Source: Crenothrix sp.
GTDB lineage: Bacteria; Pseudomonadota; Gammaproteobacteria; Methylococcales; Methylomonadaceae
NCBI RefSeq assembly: GCF_043729335.1
Contig: NZ_JAYTLQ010000042.1
Location: forward strand, 85,581-149,580
Length of the DNA stretch: 64,000 nt
Reading direction: 5' to 3'
In this document: positions 54,769-64,000 of the stretch, in pieces
How the letters are laid out: every line of letters starts with the position of its first letter
Position numbering within the stretch: the stretch's first letter is position 1
Notes under the pieces: model-generated
The model's database searches: none
What the model was told of the DNA's origin: nothing
Seen by the model: only the letters and a program-made list of their open reading frames with translations
Position numbers and translations under genes: made by a program

Positions 54769-55600
54769 TACAGTTTATCTAAACGGGCACTATCTTCCTT
54801 TAAGCGACGCTAAAATATCGGTTATGGATCGCGGCTTCTTGTTTGGAGATGGTATTTATGAAGTCATTCCCTCTTATTTTGGACGCTTCTTCCATTTCGA
54901 AGCGCACATGGAGAGACTGGATAATAGCCTTGCCGCCATACGTTTGGCCAATCCTAATAGCCATAAAAAATGGCTGAAAATTTTATCGCCGCTATTAATC
55001 GGCACACAGGATCAATACGTTTACCTGCAAATCACTAGAGGCACTGCCCCTAAAAGAGACCATGGCTTTCCGGAAAACACTGTACCTACTGTGTTTGCCA
55101 TGGGTTCGCCTATAGTACCTATGGCAGAGCGCGATACCGGTGTTAAAGTACTGACTATGCCGGATAGTCGATGGAAGCTGTGCAACACCAAAGCCATTAC
55201 CTTGCTGGCCAATATTTTGCACCGCCAAGAAGCCATTGACCAAAACTGCGCAGAAGCCTTGTTAGTAAAAGATGGCTATGTTACAGAAGGTGCCGCCAGT
55301 AACGTGTTTGCAGTCATTGATGGCGTGTTAATGACGCCGCCCAAAAGCGCTGAAATATTGCCTGGCATTACCCGTGATGTCATTTTGGATTTGGCGCGAG
55401 AACATGGTATTCCCTGTAAAGAAGAGAGTTTCAGTTTGACAGCGCTACAAACTGCCAGCGAGATTTGGATCACCAGTTCTACCCGTGAAATCATACCTGT
55501 AGTTGAATGCGACGAACAAAAAGTTGGCGATGGTAAACCTGGCCCTATCTGGCACAAAATGAATCAACTGTTTCAAACTTACAAGCAATCATTAGCATGA
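54758..55600 (+). CDS. dat: D-amino acid aminotransferase (class IV PLP)
   Basis: DRGFLFGDGIYE, EGAASN, ILPGITR. Confidence 0.88.
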   Translation: MTNNTVYLNGHYLPLSDAKISVMDRGFLFGDGIYEVIPSYFGRFFHFEAHMERLDNSLAAIRLANPNSHKKWLKILSPLLIGTQDQYVYLQITRGTAPKRDHGFPENTVPTVFAMGSPIVPMAERDTGVKVLTMPDSRWKLCNTKAITLLANILHRQEAIDQNCAEALLVKDGYVTEGAASNVFAVIDGVLMTPPKSAEILPGITRDVILDLAREHGIPCKEESFSLTALQTASEIWITSSTREIIPVVECDEQKVGDGKPGPIWHKMNQLFQTYKQSLA

Positions 55601-55860
55601 GCGAAGAAACGCTGTTAGTGTTCCCGTGCGAATTTCCCATTAAAGCAATGGGCAAAGCGGATGTGGAACTTGATTTACTGGTGCTGGATATTGTCCGTCG
55701 CCATACTGATAGCGTTACGCAAGACCGTGTAAACACACGCCCCAGCAAAAACGGTACTTATGTTTCAATAACCGTTACTGTTACCGCCACCAGCAAGCCG
55801 CAATTGGATGCTATTTATCAAGATTTAAGTGGCCACCCGCATATTTTGATGGTTTTGTAG
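55597..55860 (+). CDS. ybeD: YbeD/DUF493 family protein
   Basis: FPCEFPIKAMG, SKNGTYVS; position before lipB. Confidence 0.93.
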   Translation: MSEETLLVFPCEFPIKAMGKADVELDLLVLDIVRRHTDSVTQDRVNTRPSKNGTYVSITVTVTATSKPQLDAIYQDLSGHPHILMVL

Positions 55861-55885
55861 CGCCCCTTTCTGTATCGCCTAAGCA

Positions 55886-56491
55886 ATGACTGCCATCCGC
55901 CATCTAGGCATCCAAGACTACGAACCCATCTGGCGCGACATGCAGCAATTCACTGTTAATCGCACACCTGAAACCGAAGATGAACTGTGGATAGTCGAAC
56001 ACCCACCTGTCTACACGCTAGGGCTGAGCGGCAAACGCGAACACTTATTAAATACCGGCAACATTCCCATCATTCAAAGCGATCGTGGCGGCCAAGTCAC
56101 TTATCACGGCCCAGGCCAAGTCGTTATCTATACGCTGTTGGATTTAACCCGTTTAAAACTCAATATCCGCCAACTGGTTAGCCTGTTAGAACAAGCCATG
56201 ATTGATGTCTTAAGCAGTTACGACATAGATTCCAAAGCCAGAGCCGATGCGCCCGGGGTGTATGTCGGCGCTAAAAAAATCGGCTCCATTGGCATCCGTA
56301 TTAAAAAAAACTGTAGTTATCATGGATTAAGCCTTAATAACAATATGGATTTACGCCCGTTTTCTGGCATTAACCCGTGCGGCTATGCGGATCTAAAAGT
56401 CACGCAACTGGCCGATCTAGGTATAATTATAAATACTGGCGAACTTGCCAACCAAGTTGCCCACGCACTCATTAAGGCGTTAAACACATGA
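55886..56491 (+). CDS. lipB: Lipoyl(octanoyl) transferase
   Basis: [27 protein letters not shown]. Confidence 0.97.
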   Translation: MTAIRHLGIQDYEPIWRDMQQFTVNRTPETEDELWIVEHPPVYTLGLSGKREHLLNTGNIPIIQSDRGGQVTYHGPGQVVIYTLLDLTRLKLNIRQLVSLLEQAMIDVLSSYDIDSKARADAPGVYVGAKKIGSIGIRIKKNCSYHGLSLNNNMDLRPFSGINPCGYADLKVTQLADLGIIINTGELANQVAHALIKALNT

Positions 56492-57447
56492 CTTATCAAG
56501 CACCCTCGCGTTCTACACCGCAATCGCATCAGCGTAATAGCGAAAAACTGTCGCGCATACCCATTAAAGTGGAACAGCCGGAAACCGTGTTACGTAAACC
56601 CGAATGGATACGCGTAAAAGTCTCGGCCAGCAGCGAAATTACCCGCATAAAACAACTGCTACGCCAATACGAATTACACACGGTTTGCGAAGAAGCCGCC
56701 TGCCCTAATCTCGCTGAATGTTTTAATCACGGTACAGCGACTTTTATGATTATGGGTGATTTATGTACACGGCGCTGCCCGTTTTGTGATGTCGCGCACG
56801 GCAAACCGTTGCCCTTAGATGCCAATGAACCGCAACATCTGGCCGATGCCATCAGTGCAATGGCATTGAAATATGTGGTGATTACTTCAGTGGATCGTGA
56901 TGATTTACGCGATGGCGGCGCGGGCCATTTTGCAGACTGCATCAATAAGATTCGCCAACAAAGCCCAGCAACTAAAATAGAAGTTTTAGTGCCTGATTTT
57001 CGTGGCCGTATTGAAAAAGCCATTAATATTCTGGCGCAAGCACCGTGTGACGTGTTTAATCACAATCTGGAAACTGTACCCAGATTGTATAAACAAGTGC
57101 GTCCGGGGTCTGATTACTTGGGTTCATTGGATTTACTGCGCCAATATAAGCAAGTTTTGCCAGATGTACCGACTAAATCCGGATTAATGCTGGGTGTCGG
57201 TGAAGAACCCGAAGAAGTCCATCAAGTGATGAAAGATTTGCTGGCGCATGGTGCATCTATGCTAACTTTAGGTCAGTATTTGCAACCCAGTAAAGTGCAT
57301 TTACCGGTTAAAGAATACATAACGCCGCAACAATTTGATGATTACGCTGCAATGGCAACCGCATTAGGCTTTAAGCAAGTTGCCAGTGCGCCAATGGTTC
57401 GGTCGTCTTATCATGCTGATCTTCAGGCTAAATCGATCATAACGTGA
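56488..57447 (+). CDS. lipA: Lipoyl synthase
   Basis: [24 protein letters not shown]. Confidence 0.97.
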   Translation: MTYQAPSRSTPQSHQRNSEKLSRIPIKVEQPETVLRKPEWIRVKVSASSEITRIKQLLRQYELHTVCEEAACPNLAECFNHGTATFMIMGDLCTRRCPFCDVAHGKPLPLDANEPQHLADAISAMALKYVVITSVDRDDLRDGGAGHFADCINKIRQQSPATKIEVLVPDFRGRIEKAINILAQAPCDVFNHNLETVPRLYKQVRPGSDYLGSLDLLRQYKQVLPDVPTKSGLMLGVGEEPEEVHQVMKDLLAHGASMLTLGQYLQPSKVHLPVKEYITPQQFDDYAAMATALGFKQVASAPMVRSSYHADLQAKSIIT

Positions 57448-57494
57448 ACGAAGAACAAACGTTTCATACTTTCTATGAACAAAAATAACAGCCG

Positions 57495-58181
57495 CTATTG
57501 AATATTTTGATAATAACGCGCCAGCGCCTTAATTTCATTATCTTTGAGCTGCTTGGCAATTAAGCGCATACGACTGTAAATATCATTGTGACGCTGATCG
57601 TTTTTATAAGCCATTAGCGTGCGTTCAAAATAATCTGCGTGTTGCCCCGCCAAACTTGGAATATCCATCTTTTCGCCTTGGCCATTAGCCCCATGGCAGA
57701 CAAAACAAGGCGGCAAAATGCGCTTACCATCACCTTCTTTTGCCATTTTTTCGGCAATAGCAAGCTTCTCATTATTAGCCGTTTTCTGTTTCGGTGCTGG
57801 CAACCACGCATACCACGCCGCCAAATCAGCAGCATCCTGCTCGGTTAAACCCTTGGCGATTGAAGTCATCGAATCATTGCTACGATCACCGTTAAAATAA
57901 TCACGCAACTGTTTAAACGTATAATTCGCCACTTGACCTGCTAATGCGGGGATTGCCGGGATAGTTTCATCATCAACAACCTCGGCTGGCATACCTTGCC
58001 CAAATTCACCATGACAAGACTTACAAGACTCCGCCAGACTCTTGCCTTTTTCAACATTGCCTTGCTTGACCAAGCTCAAGGCTTCCGTCGTCCAGGCAAC
58101 TTGCGACCCCGATTCAACAGCAAACCCAAAAACAGGAACAGCCAGTGCCGCCAGTAATACAAGCATTCGTGTCATCATCAA
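57495..58181 (-). CDS. Diheme cytochrome c (c4-like)
   Basis: CKSCH and CFVCH heme motifs; signal peptide. Confidence 0.9.
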   Translation of the reverse strand: MMMTRMLVLLAALAVPVFGFAVESGSQVAWTTEALSLVKQGNVEKGKSLAESCKSCHGEFGQGMPAEVVDDETIPAIPALAGQVANYTFKQLRDYFNGDRSNDSMTSIAKGLTEQDAADLAAWYAWLPAPKQKTANNEKLAIAEKMAKEGDGKRILPPCFVCHGANGQGEKMDIPSLAGQHADYFERTLMAYKNDQRHNDIYSRMRLIAKQLKDNEIKALARYYQNIQ

Positions 58182-59806
58182 TATCCCCAGCCCGGTGAAC
58201 CAAAAGTATCCATAAAAAAGAACTGCAAGATAGGCACACCAAAACTGATCAGCATCAATACGGCAATCACCCGATTCCAGAGTTTAAAATCATTAAGATA
58301 TTCGGGCAGCTCTTTAACAGGATGGATAGGCTCGGCATATTCAACTTGTTGTGTAAATGCTCCTGTGGGTGCTGGAGCTATGTGCGTTTTGGCCAGGTTG
58401 TAGATAAACAAACACGCCGAACCCAACAGAATTAAGCCTCCAAATATCATGGCCAGTTCGTAGGGTTTCCAGGCCAAAGTCAGCAAGGTGTTATACACCA
58501 CACTGGAAATACGCCGTGGTTGTCCTAGTAATCCCAGGACATGCCAAGGCGTGGTTAAAATACCCATGCCAATAAACCACGTCCATAACTGAATTAATGC
58601 CATTGAATTGGAAAACAACGGCTTTTGCACAAGCATCGGCCATAAATAATAAGCAATCGCAAAGTACATGATGACGGTCGTGCCGGCAAAAATCAGGTGA
58701 AAATGGCCTGATACCCAAGCGGTATTGTGTATCATTGCATTCATGGCGTAACTGGCATTAATCACCCCACCAAAGCCACCAAGAATCAGCATCAACAACG
58801 ACAAAATGACCGCCAGTACCATCGGGTTACTCCAAGGCAAGCACCCTATCCAGCCGAACAAGCCTTTACCGCCCCGTAAGCGCCCGGCAACCTCCAGAGA
58901 GGCAATCACGGTAAAGCCGGTTACCAAGGTCGGAATGGAGACGACAAACGTGCCAATGCCGTGCAATAATTTCCAGCCCTTCGCTTGCTCAGGATCCATA
59001 TACAGATGGTGGAAGCCGATGGGTAGAGAGAATACCGCCAACACGATAAACGCGCCTCTCGCCGCTTCATCACTAAACAAAAATCCACCCGCTTGTTTGG
59101 GAACAAACACGTAAAAGGCCGTGTAAGCAGGGATCAGCCAAAAATACACGATGGGATGTAACGTCCAGGCAAATAAGGTCCTGGCCAAGCCCGGATCAAC
59201 CGTATCAATCCAGCCCAATGCCAGCGGTATCGCCTGAAACAACACTTCTAATGCAACACCTGCACTCGCCCACAACCACAATAAGGCATTAGCCGTGGTG
59301 GCAAACATAGCCAAAGGCACGGGTTGTTTAGGATGGGCTTGCTTCCATTGATTGAACATCACCACCATGATGCCACACCAGATCCATGAGCCGACAATCA
59401 GTAATGTCGCCCCAAAGTAAAACGCAACATGCGCCTGAATCGGCAAATAAAAGGTGTACAGAACAGACGCATTACCCGTCAGTAGCGGAATAGCCGCCAT
59501 CACCGTACCCAATAAAGAAATCCAGAAGCCAGACCAGGCCAGCGTGTTATTCCATACCGGTACTTTTAAACTGGTGGTAGCGGTGTAATAACCGAAACCC
59601 ATAATAAAGAAAGTGGTTAATACAAAGCCCATCAACACCCCGTGGGTACTGACCGAGGCAAAATACACAGTGGGGGAATCGAGCGCGGGAATCAAACCGC
59701 TGCGTTCCAGCACCTGATATTCGCCCATAAAACAAGCCACAATAAAGGCTATAAAAGCCACCCATAAATGGCTTAATGCCAGCTTTCGCTCTGCTGCATC
59801 ATTCAT
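58178..59806 (-). CDS. cbaA: B-family (ba3-type) heme-copper oxidase subunit I
   Basis: HGVLM, HPIVYFW, GFHHLY, GHFH; start moved to 59806. Confidence 0.92.
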   Translation of the reverse strand: MNDAAERKLALSHLWVAFIAFIVACFMGEYQVLERSGLIPALDSPTVYFASVSTHGVLMGFVLTTFFIMGFGYYTATTSLKVPVWNNTLAWSGFWISLLGTVMAAIPLLTGNASVLYTFYLPIQAHVAFYFGATLLIVGSWIWCGIMVVMFNQWKQAHPKQPVPLAMFATTANALLWLWASAGVALEVLFQAIPLALGWIDTVDPGLARTLFAWTLHPIVYFWLIPAYTAFYVFVPKQAGGFLFSDEAARGAFIVLAVFSLPIGFHHLYMDPEQAKGWKLLHGIGTFVVSIPTLVTGFTVIASLEVAGRLRGGKGLFGWIGCLPWSNPMVLAVILSLLMLILGGFGGVINASYAMNAMIHNTAWVSGHFHLIFAGTTVIMYFAIAYYLWPMLVQKPLFSNSMALIQLWTWFIGMGILTTPWHVLGLLGQPRRISSVVYNTLLTLAWKPYELAMIFGGLILLGSACLFIYNLAKTHIAPAPTGAFTQQVEYAEPIHPVKELPEYLNDFKLWNRVIAVLMLISFGVPILQFFFMDTFGSPGWGY

Positions 59807-60425
59807 TGTTTGATTCCTTTTTGGCAGCGGCAATATTCGAAGGTACAATCCAGTCTTCTTTGGCAACCACAGAAATATTGCTCCACATGTGATTATGTCC
59901 TAAGCCGCAATATTCATTACATAACACCGGATATTCACCGGGTTTGGGAAACGAGGTGGTTATTTCTGCGACATAACCCGGCACAATCATGGTACTCATA
60001 TTGGTCATCGGGATATGTACGCCGTGTAATACATCCATACTCACCCAGCGGAACGTTATTTTGGTTTCTGCCGGAACGGCAATATGTTTAGGGAAAAACG
60101 AATACCGACCTGCCACCATGCGGACGACAATGTCACCCTTGGCGTCAAGTTGCACGCCCAAATTGCTTTCTGCAAACTCTTTGCTTAAATGCAGCTTGGC
60201 AGAATCAATGGTTTCAACCTTACTGGGTGGGTTAACCCCATGAAAAAAAGCATCAATGGTAATGATAGCCACCAAAAGGCTGACAACCAGTAGTGAGATA
60301 TTGATCCATTTTCGCTCCAGCTGTTCGACATGGATCGAGCGCAATTGAAGATAAAAATCCTTAATAAAATCGGTACATTGGCCTGTTAAGGCATGACATT
60401 TTTTGACAATCGTTTCGGTTTGCAT
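59799..60425 (-). CDS. cbaB: B-family oxidase subunit II (CuA)
   Basis: DVLHGV, CNEYCGLGHNHM. Confidence 0.92.
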   Translation of the reverse strand: MQTETIVKKCHALTGQCTDFIKDFYLQLRSIHVEQLERKWINISLLVVSLLVAIITIDAFFHGVNPPSKVETIDSAKLHLSKEFAESNLGVQLDAKGDIVVRMVAGRYSFFPKHIAVPAETKITFRWVSMDVLHGVHIPMTNMSTMIVPGYVAEITTSFPKPGEYPVLCNEYCGLGHNHMWSNISVVAKEDWIVPSNIAAAKKESNNE

Positions 60426-60433
60426 GATTAAAC

Positions 60434-60586
60434 CTAATTGATTATGCCGCGTGGAATAAACACGCCAAAGTATAAAAACAACCAACCGATAACCATACTA
60501 CCCACAACTGCCGCCATCAACGCAAACGTACCGACAGGTGAGCTTTCGAGAATACGTTGACGTTCTTCTTCGCTTATTTTATTCAT
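60434..60586 (-). CDS. cbaD: B-family oxidase small subunit IIa
   Basis: 50-aa single TM helix, PVGTFAL...WLFLYFGVFIPRG, directly upstream of subunit II. Confidence 0.8.
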   Translation of the reverse strand: MNKISEEERQRILESSPVGTFALMAAVVGSMVIGWLFLYFGVFIPRGIIN

Positions 60587-60639
60587 GATTCCCACTAACA
60601 CTATTAACAACGTAAAATATCTAGTAAATTTCCCTCCGG

Positions 60640-61020
60640 TCATCGACACCATTCCGCAATCAATTTCCGGCATTCAGCCCGCCATTGACAACCATCGCGT
60701 TCATGACAATTTGTAAAATACTCAGAGCGGAAGCAGGGGTTCTGGTAAGTTATATTTTGAATGGCCTGAACCAGGTCTATTTCCAGGGTGATATTTTCAG
60801 CGCCTTTAACACCAACCGACCTTGCCAACTGCTGCAAACCCAAAAGGGTTATGGTGCCATCTTCTTCAACAGCAGATAGATAGCGTGCAATTTGAGTTTT
60901 CACATATTCATTTTCAGCAATCTGCCCGTCATCCAGCGCCTTATCGTGGGCAAAATGTGCGACTTCTGCCCTGTAATAAGCAGTTTCCGAAATCCATTGA
61001 TGAAATGTTATGTTTTTCAT
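60640..61020 (-). CDS. Hypothetical protein with DUF2934-like N-terminus and a four-Cys C-terminal motif
   Basis: ISETAYYRAE...; CFRS...C...CQWRAEC. Confidence 0.7.
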   Translation of the reverse strand: MKNITFHQWISETAYYRAEVAHFAHDKALDDGQIAENEYVKTQIARYLSAVEEDGTITLLGLQQLARSVGVKGAENITLEIDLVQAIQNITYQNPCFRSEYFTNCHERDGCQWRAECRKLIAEWCR

Positions 61021-61133
61021 GATCTGATATAAATCCAGGTGAATTGAATACAAGCAAACTCAGCGCTACCCGTTTTTCGATACCTCATTCACTTTATAGC
61101 GCGACTACTATATAGTAGCGATTTGATGATACC

Positions 61134-61147
61134 TTGATCTATGTCAA
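61134..61147. promoter_or_regulatory. FNR-type box in the divergent oxidase/regulator promoter
   Basis: TTGAT-CTAT-GTCAA, one mismatch to TTGAT-N4-ATCAA. Confidence 0.75.
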
Positions 61148-61161
61148 TAGAAGGAAAAACA

Positions 61162-61902
61162 GTGGAATCCAACGTACACAAGATTTCTTGCCCGGATTGC
61201 AGGCTGTCTGAGTTATGCTTGCCTTACGGGTTACAACAAAAGGAAGTACAGCAACTGGCGACCATCGTTAAAAGCAAACGCCCCATTCACTCAAATGAAT
61301 ACCTTTATCTTCAAGGTGATGCGTGTTTAAACCTCTATGCGGTTAAATCGGGTTCTTTTCGCAGTTTTATAACAGATGACGATGGCAGCGAACAAACCAT
61401 AGGTTTTTATCTACCTGGCGAATTAATGGGATTGGATGCATTGCAGCATGGCCGATCTACCTGCACTATTATTGCATTGGAAACCAGCACGGTTTGTGAA
61501 CTCCCATTATCCCGCCTCAATGAACTGTGCAGCCAAATACCCAACCTGCAACACCAAATGATGCGGGTTTTAGGAAAAGAAATCACTTCCGACCATGACA
61601 AAATAATCATGCTTAGCCATCGCACAGCCAAAGAAAAAATCGCCACATTTTTATTGTTATTGTCACGCAGGTACGCAGGCCTGGGCTTTTCCAGCACAGA
61701 ATTTAACTTAACCATGAGCCGCCAGGACATTGCTAATTTCCTGGGGTTATCGAACGAGACAGTGAGCCGTCAATTTACCGAGTTAAACAAAGACGGCGTT
61801 ATTACCGTCAAGCAACGTGGCATTCAAATCAACAATATGGCATCCCTCAAGGGCATTGTTAAGCCTTGTCTACCTGATGATCAATTGTCTTTTATTGCCT
61901 GA
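61162..61902 (+). CDS. fnr: FNR/Anr-type Crp family regulator
   Basis: N-terminal CxxCxxxxxC, GFYLPGELMG, HTH MSRQDIANFLGLSNETVSR. GTG 61162 is preferred because AAGGA lies upstream and ATG 61141 falls inside the FNR box. Confidence 0.88.
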   Translation: MESNVHKISCPDCRLSELCLPYGLQQKEVQQLATIVKSKRPIHSNEYLYLQGDACLNLYAVKSGSFRSFITDDDGSEQTIGFYLPGELMGLDALQHGRSTCTIIALETSTVCELPLSRLNELCSQIPNLQHQMMRVLGKEITSDHDKIIMLSHRTAKEKIATFLLLLSRRYAGLGFSSTEFNLTMSRQDIANFLGLSNETVSRQFTELNKDGVITVKQRGIQINNMASLKGIVKPCLPDDQLSFIA

Positions 61903-61984
61903 CAGAATCATTCACAAGCGACCAACACAGTGAGAAACAGCCTTGCTGCTTCTCACCAACCGCTCATAAGCCCTAATAATGGGG

Positions 61985-62134
61985 TTATTCAGCTGTATTA
62001 TTTTGGGTATGCTTATAACCGGTCACCTTGTCTGCCTGAGCCCCACCTTGCATCTTACCTGCATCGGCATCTACACACGCTGCCAAGCTAACAACAGCGG
62101 TCAATAACAATAATAATTGGCTTATAGTTTTCAT
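61985..62134 (-). CDS. Small lipoprotein (49 aa), not in the ORF track
   Basis: MKTISQLLLLLTAVVSLAACVDADAGKMQGGAQADKVTGYKHTQNNTAE*; lipobox LAAC; GAGAG upstream. Confidence 0.7.
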   Translation of the reverse strand: MKTISQLLLLLTAVVSLAACVDADAGKMQGGAQADKVTGYKHTQNNTAE

Positions 62135-62251
62135 AATATTCTCTCGTGCATAATTTAAATATCTGTCTTCTTAATCTTGGCTTAGATAACAAGTAGACTC
62201 AACAGCCTCTATCGGCTGGTGATCATTCTCACATTCTTGCTAAATCCTAAA

Positions 62252-62265
62252 TTGATATATATCAA
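62252..62265. promoter_or_regulatory. Perfect FNR consensus box
   Basis: TTGAT-ATAT-ATCAA. Confidence 0.8.
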
Positions 62266-62775
62266 TTTTGCTTCAACTAGCTTCCCACAGATTCAAACTC
62301 AAAAATTCTTACATAAATTATTGGCCTTATTCATTTTCATCAAATTGCACAAATGCCGATATAAGTAAGCCATTGACAACACCCATAAAAGTACAGATTT
62401 CGACTTTTGCACATCCAAAATAGTCTGTTTTTTACAAAACACAGGTTATTCACAAGCCATTTTCTTAACACATCTACTTGATGTCCAATATAATAAATAA
62501 ATAGCTGTAAATATATTTGACATTATTAAAAATAGCTTGCGCTTTACCATTGAAATATTAAAATATGATGACAGCGCATCTAAAATACCGCCGATGCCCA
62601 TTCCAGCTTCCACATATTAACGACCTTGTTTAGTGTAATTGCGGGGCTAAGCTGGTAAAAACTCATTTAAATCCAAGAATTGCAAACGCTCGGCGGCAAT
62701 GCTTTTTTATAAGCATATTAGTGTCGTAGTAGTTTTATTGAGATTTTTTATCACAACCATCATGTAAGGATCTTT

Positions 62776-63462
62776 ATGTTTGACGCCATAACCGTCCAAA
62801 CTGCGGCTGAAAATGCCAGCATTTGGACGTTAATATTTACTATTCTATTGGCGTTTGTGTTATCCACACTGTTGGCGTATGTTTATCAAAAAACCTTTAG
62901 AGGCTTATCGTATTCGCGTAACTATGTGCAATCGATTGTATTAATTTCAATTATTGCCGCAGTAGTTATTCAGTCGGTGGGCGATAGCATGTCACGTGGT
63001 ATAGGCATTATGGCCGCCATGTCTATCATCCGGTTTAGAACCAATTTTAAAGATCCGCGCGACACTTTGTTTATGTTTGCATCACTTGCTGAAGGGATTT
63101 CCTGTGGCGCTTATGCCTTCCCGGTTGCCATTACCGGAACAATAGGTTTCGCCTTGGCTACCATTATTTTGTACTACTCGCCGCTAGGCCCTAACAGTTA
63201 TTTTGACGGTATGCTCAGATTTAATTTACCCACCACCCACAATGAAGACAAAAAACAGCTAGAAATTTTGCTGGATAAATATTGCCGCGCTTTTGCACTG
63301 GTAACCCTGAGAGAAATTGCCCAAGGCCAGCGCCTGGATTATGCCTACCATATTAAATTACGCAAAAAAATGAGTTATGACAACTTTATGATCGAACTGA
63401 AAACCATTAAAGAACTCCAAGGATTGAGTTTGATGATGCAAGAAGCAACTGTTGACTTATAA
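62776..63462 (+). CDS. DUF4956 family membrane protein
   Basis: GIMAAMSIIRFRTNFKDPRD, GISCG; C-terminal soluble domain. Confidence 0.88.
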   Translation: MFDAITVQTAAENASIWTLIFTILLAFVLSTLLAYVYQKTFRGLSYSRNYVQSIVLISIIAAVVIQSVGDSMSRGIGIMAAMSIIRFRTNFKDPRDTLFMFASLAEGISCGAYAFPVAITGTIGFALATIILYYSPLGPNSYFDGMLRFNLPTTHNEDKKQLEILLDKYCRAFALVTLREIAQGQRLDYAYHIKLRKKMSYDNFMIELKTIKELQGLSLMMQEATVDL

Positions 63463-63472
63463 GGGAATTGGG

Positions 63473-64000
63473 ATGAAAAAAGCAATACTGCCTATATTTT
63501 GGATTTTAGCCATGATTGGCATCTTCGAATTAGCCGATGCCTTTAACCGTAAATCTGAGCATTTTTTCGGTATCGCGGATAATCGCGAGCAAAATATCAG
63601 CTTTCAATACCCTGTTGAAATCATCCAGACACTCGCATTAGAAGGTGAAGATGTTAGCCAAGGCATGTCTATACTGGAAGTCAAGCGCCATGATTTAGTG
63701 TCAAACCAAAATACTCTGGATGAGCAAATCAAAAAACTTAAGCTGGAAAAAAATGAAGCACAGCAGACCATCACCAGCCAAATTGAAAGTTTAGTTGCTA
63801 ACAAACAATCCACATTAGCAGATATAGATCAAAAAATTCATGAGGTTGAGGCGCGATTACAGCTGATACAACACAATAAAATGCTTGCTGAAAGCATTTC
63901 TGGAACACGTATAGCCCAAGAAACGATCGCATCAGAAACACTTGAAATTGCCGATCTGCACAAAAAAAGTCACTATGCGGCTGAAGCCATACAAGCGGAA
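63473..64000 (+). CDS. HlyD/membrane-fusion-like coiled-coil protein; runs off the window end
   Basis: Open frame from ATG 63473 to the window end: TM anchor, FFGIAD, EGEDVSQG biotinyl/lipoyl-like segment, then coiled coil. Confidence 0.7.
   Translation, partial: MKKAILPIFWILAMIGIFELADAFNRKSEHFFGIADNREQNISFQYPVEIIQTLALEGEDVSQGMSILEVKRHDLVSNQNTLDEQIKKLKLEKNEAQQTITSQIESLVANKQSTLADIDQKIHEVEARLQLIQHNKMLAESISGTRIAQETIASETLEIADLHKKSHYAAEAIQAE

Overview
Gammaproteobacterial chromosome segment. Gene order and protein style suggest Methylococcales, but this is inference: no methane-oxidation gene lies in the window. All family calls come from recalled motifs, not database searches. The core blocks are regA(partial)-regB-msrA-hslO; tRNA-fMet-rimP-nusA-infB-rbfA-truB-rpsO-pnp; gatCAB; mreBCD-mrdA-rodA-mltB-rlpA-PBP5/6-dat-ybeD-lipBA; and a B-family (ba3-type) oxidase operon divergent from an FNR-like regulator. 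There are two accessory zones. The first (~8-18.5 kb) holds a BrnT TA pair, paralogous secreted proteins, an IS903-group end, a frameshifted DUF29 gene and three tandem CotH-family kinases. The second (~33.8-42.4 kb) holds a CusCBA-type metal efflux operon and an Rpn nuclease. Main observations: (1) the Cus/Rpn block is bracketed by the live gatB 3' end and a decayed second gatB 3' end (33683-33821) that differs mostly at synonymous sites, consistent with integration by 3'-end replacement of gatB, with no integrase visible; (2) two MITE families with terminal inverted repeats and 8-bp target-site duplications wrap REP-like palindromic cargo; (3) the Rpn gene has a likely internal small-protein start; (4) an unlisted 49-aa lipoprotein sits under a perfect FNR box; (5) mreC probably starts at an ATA codon.
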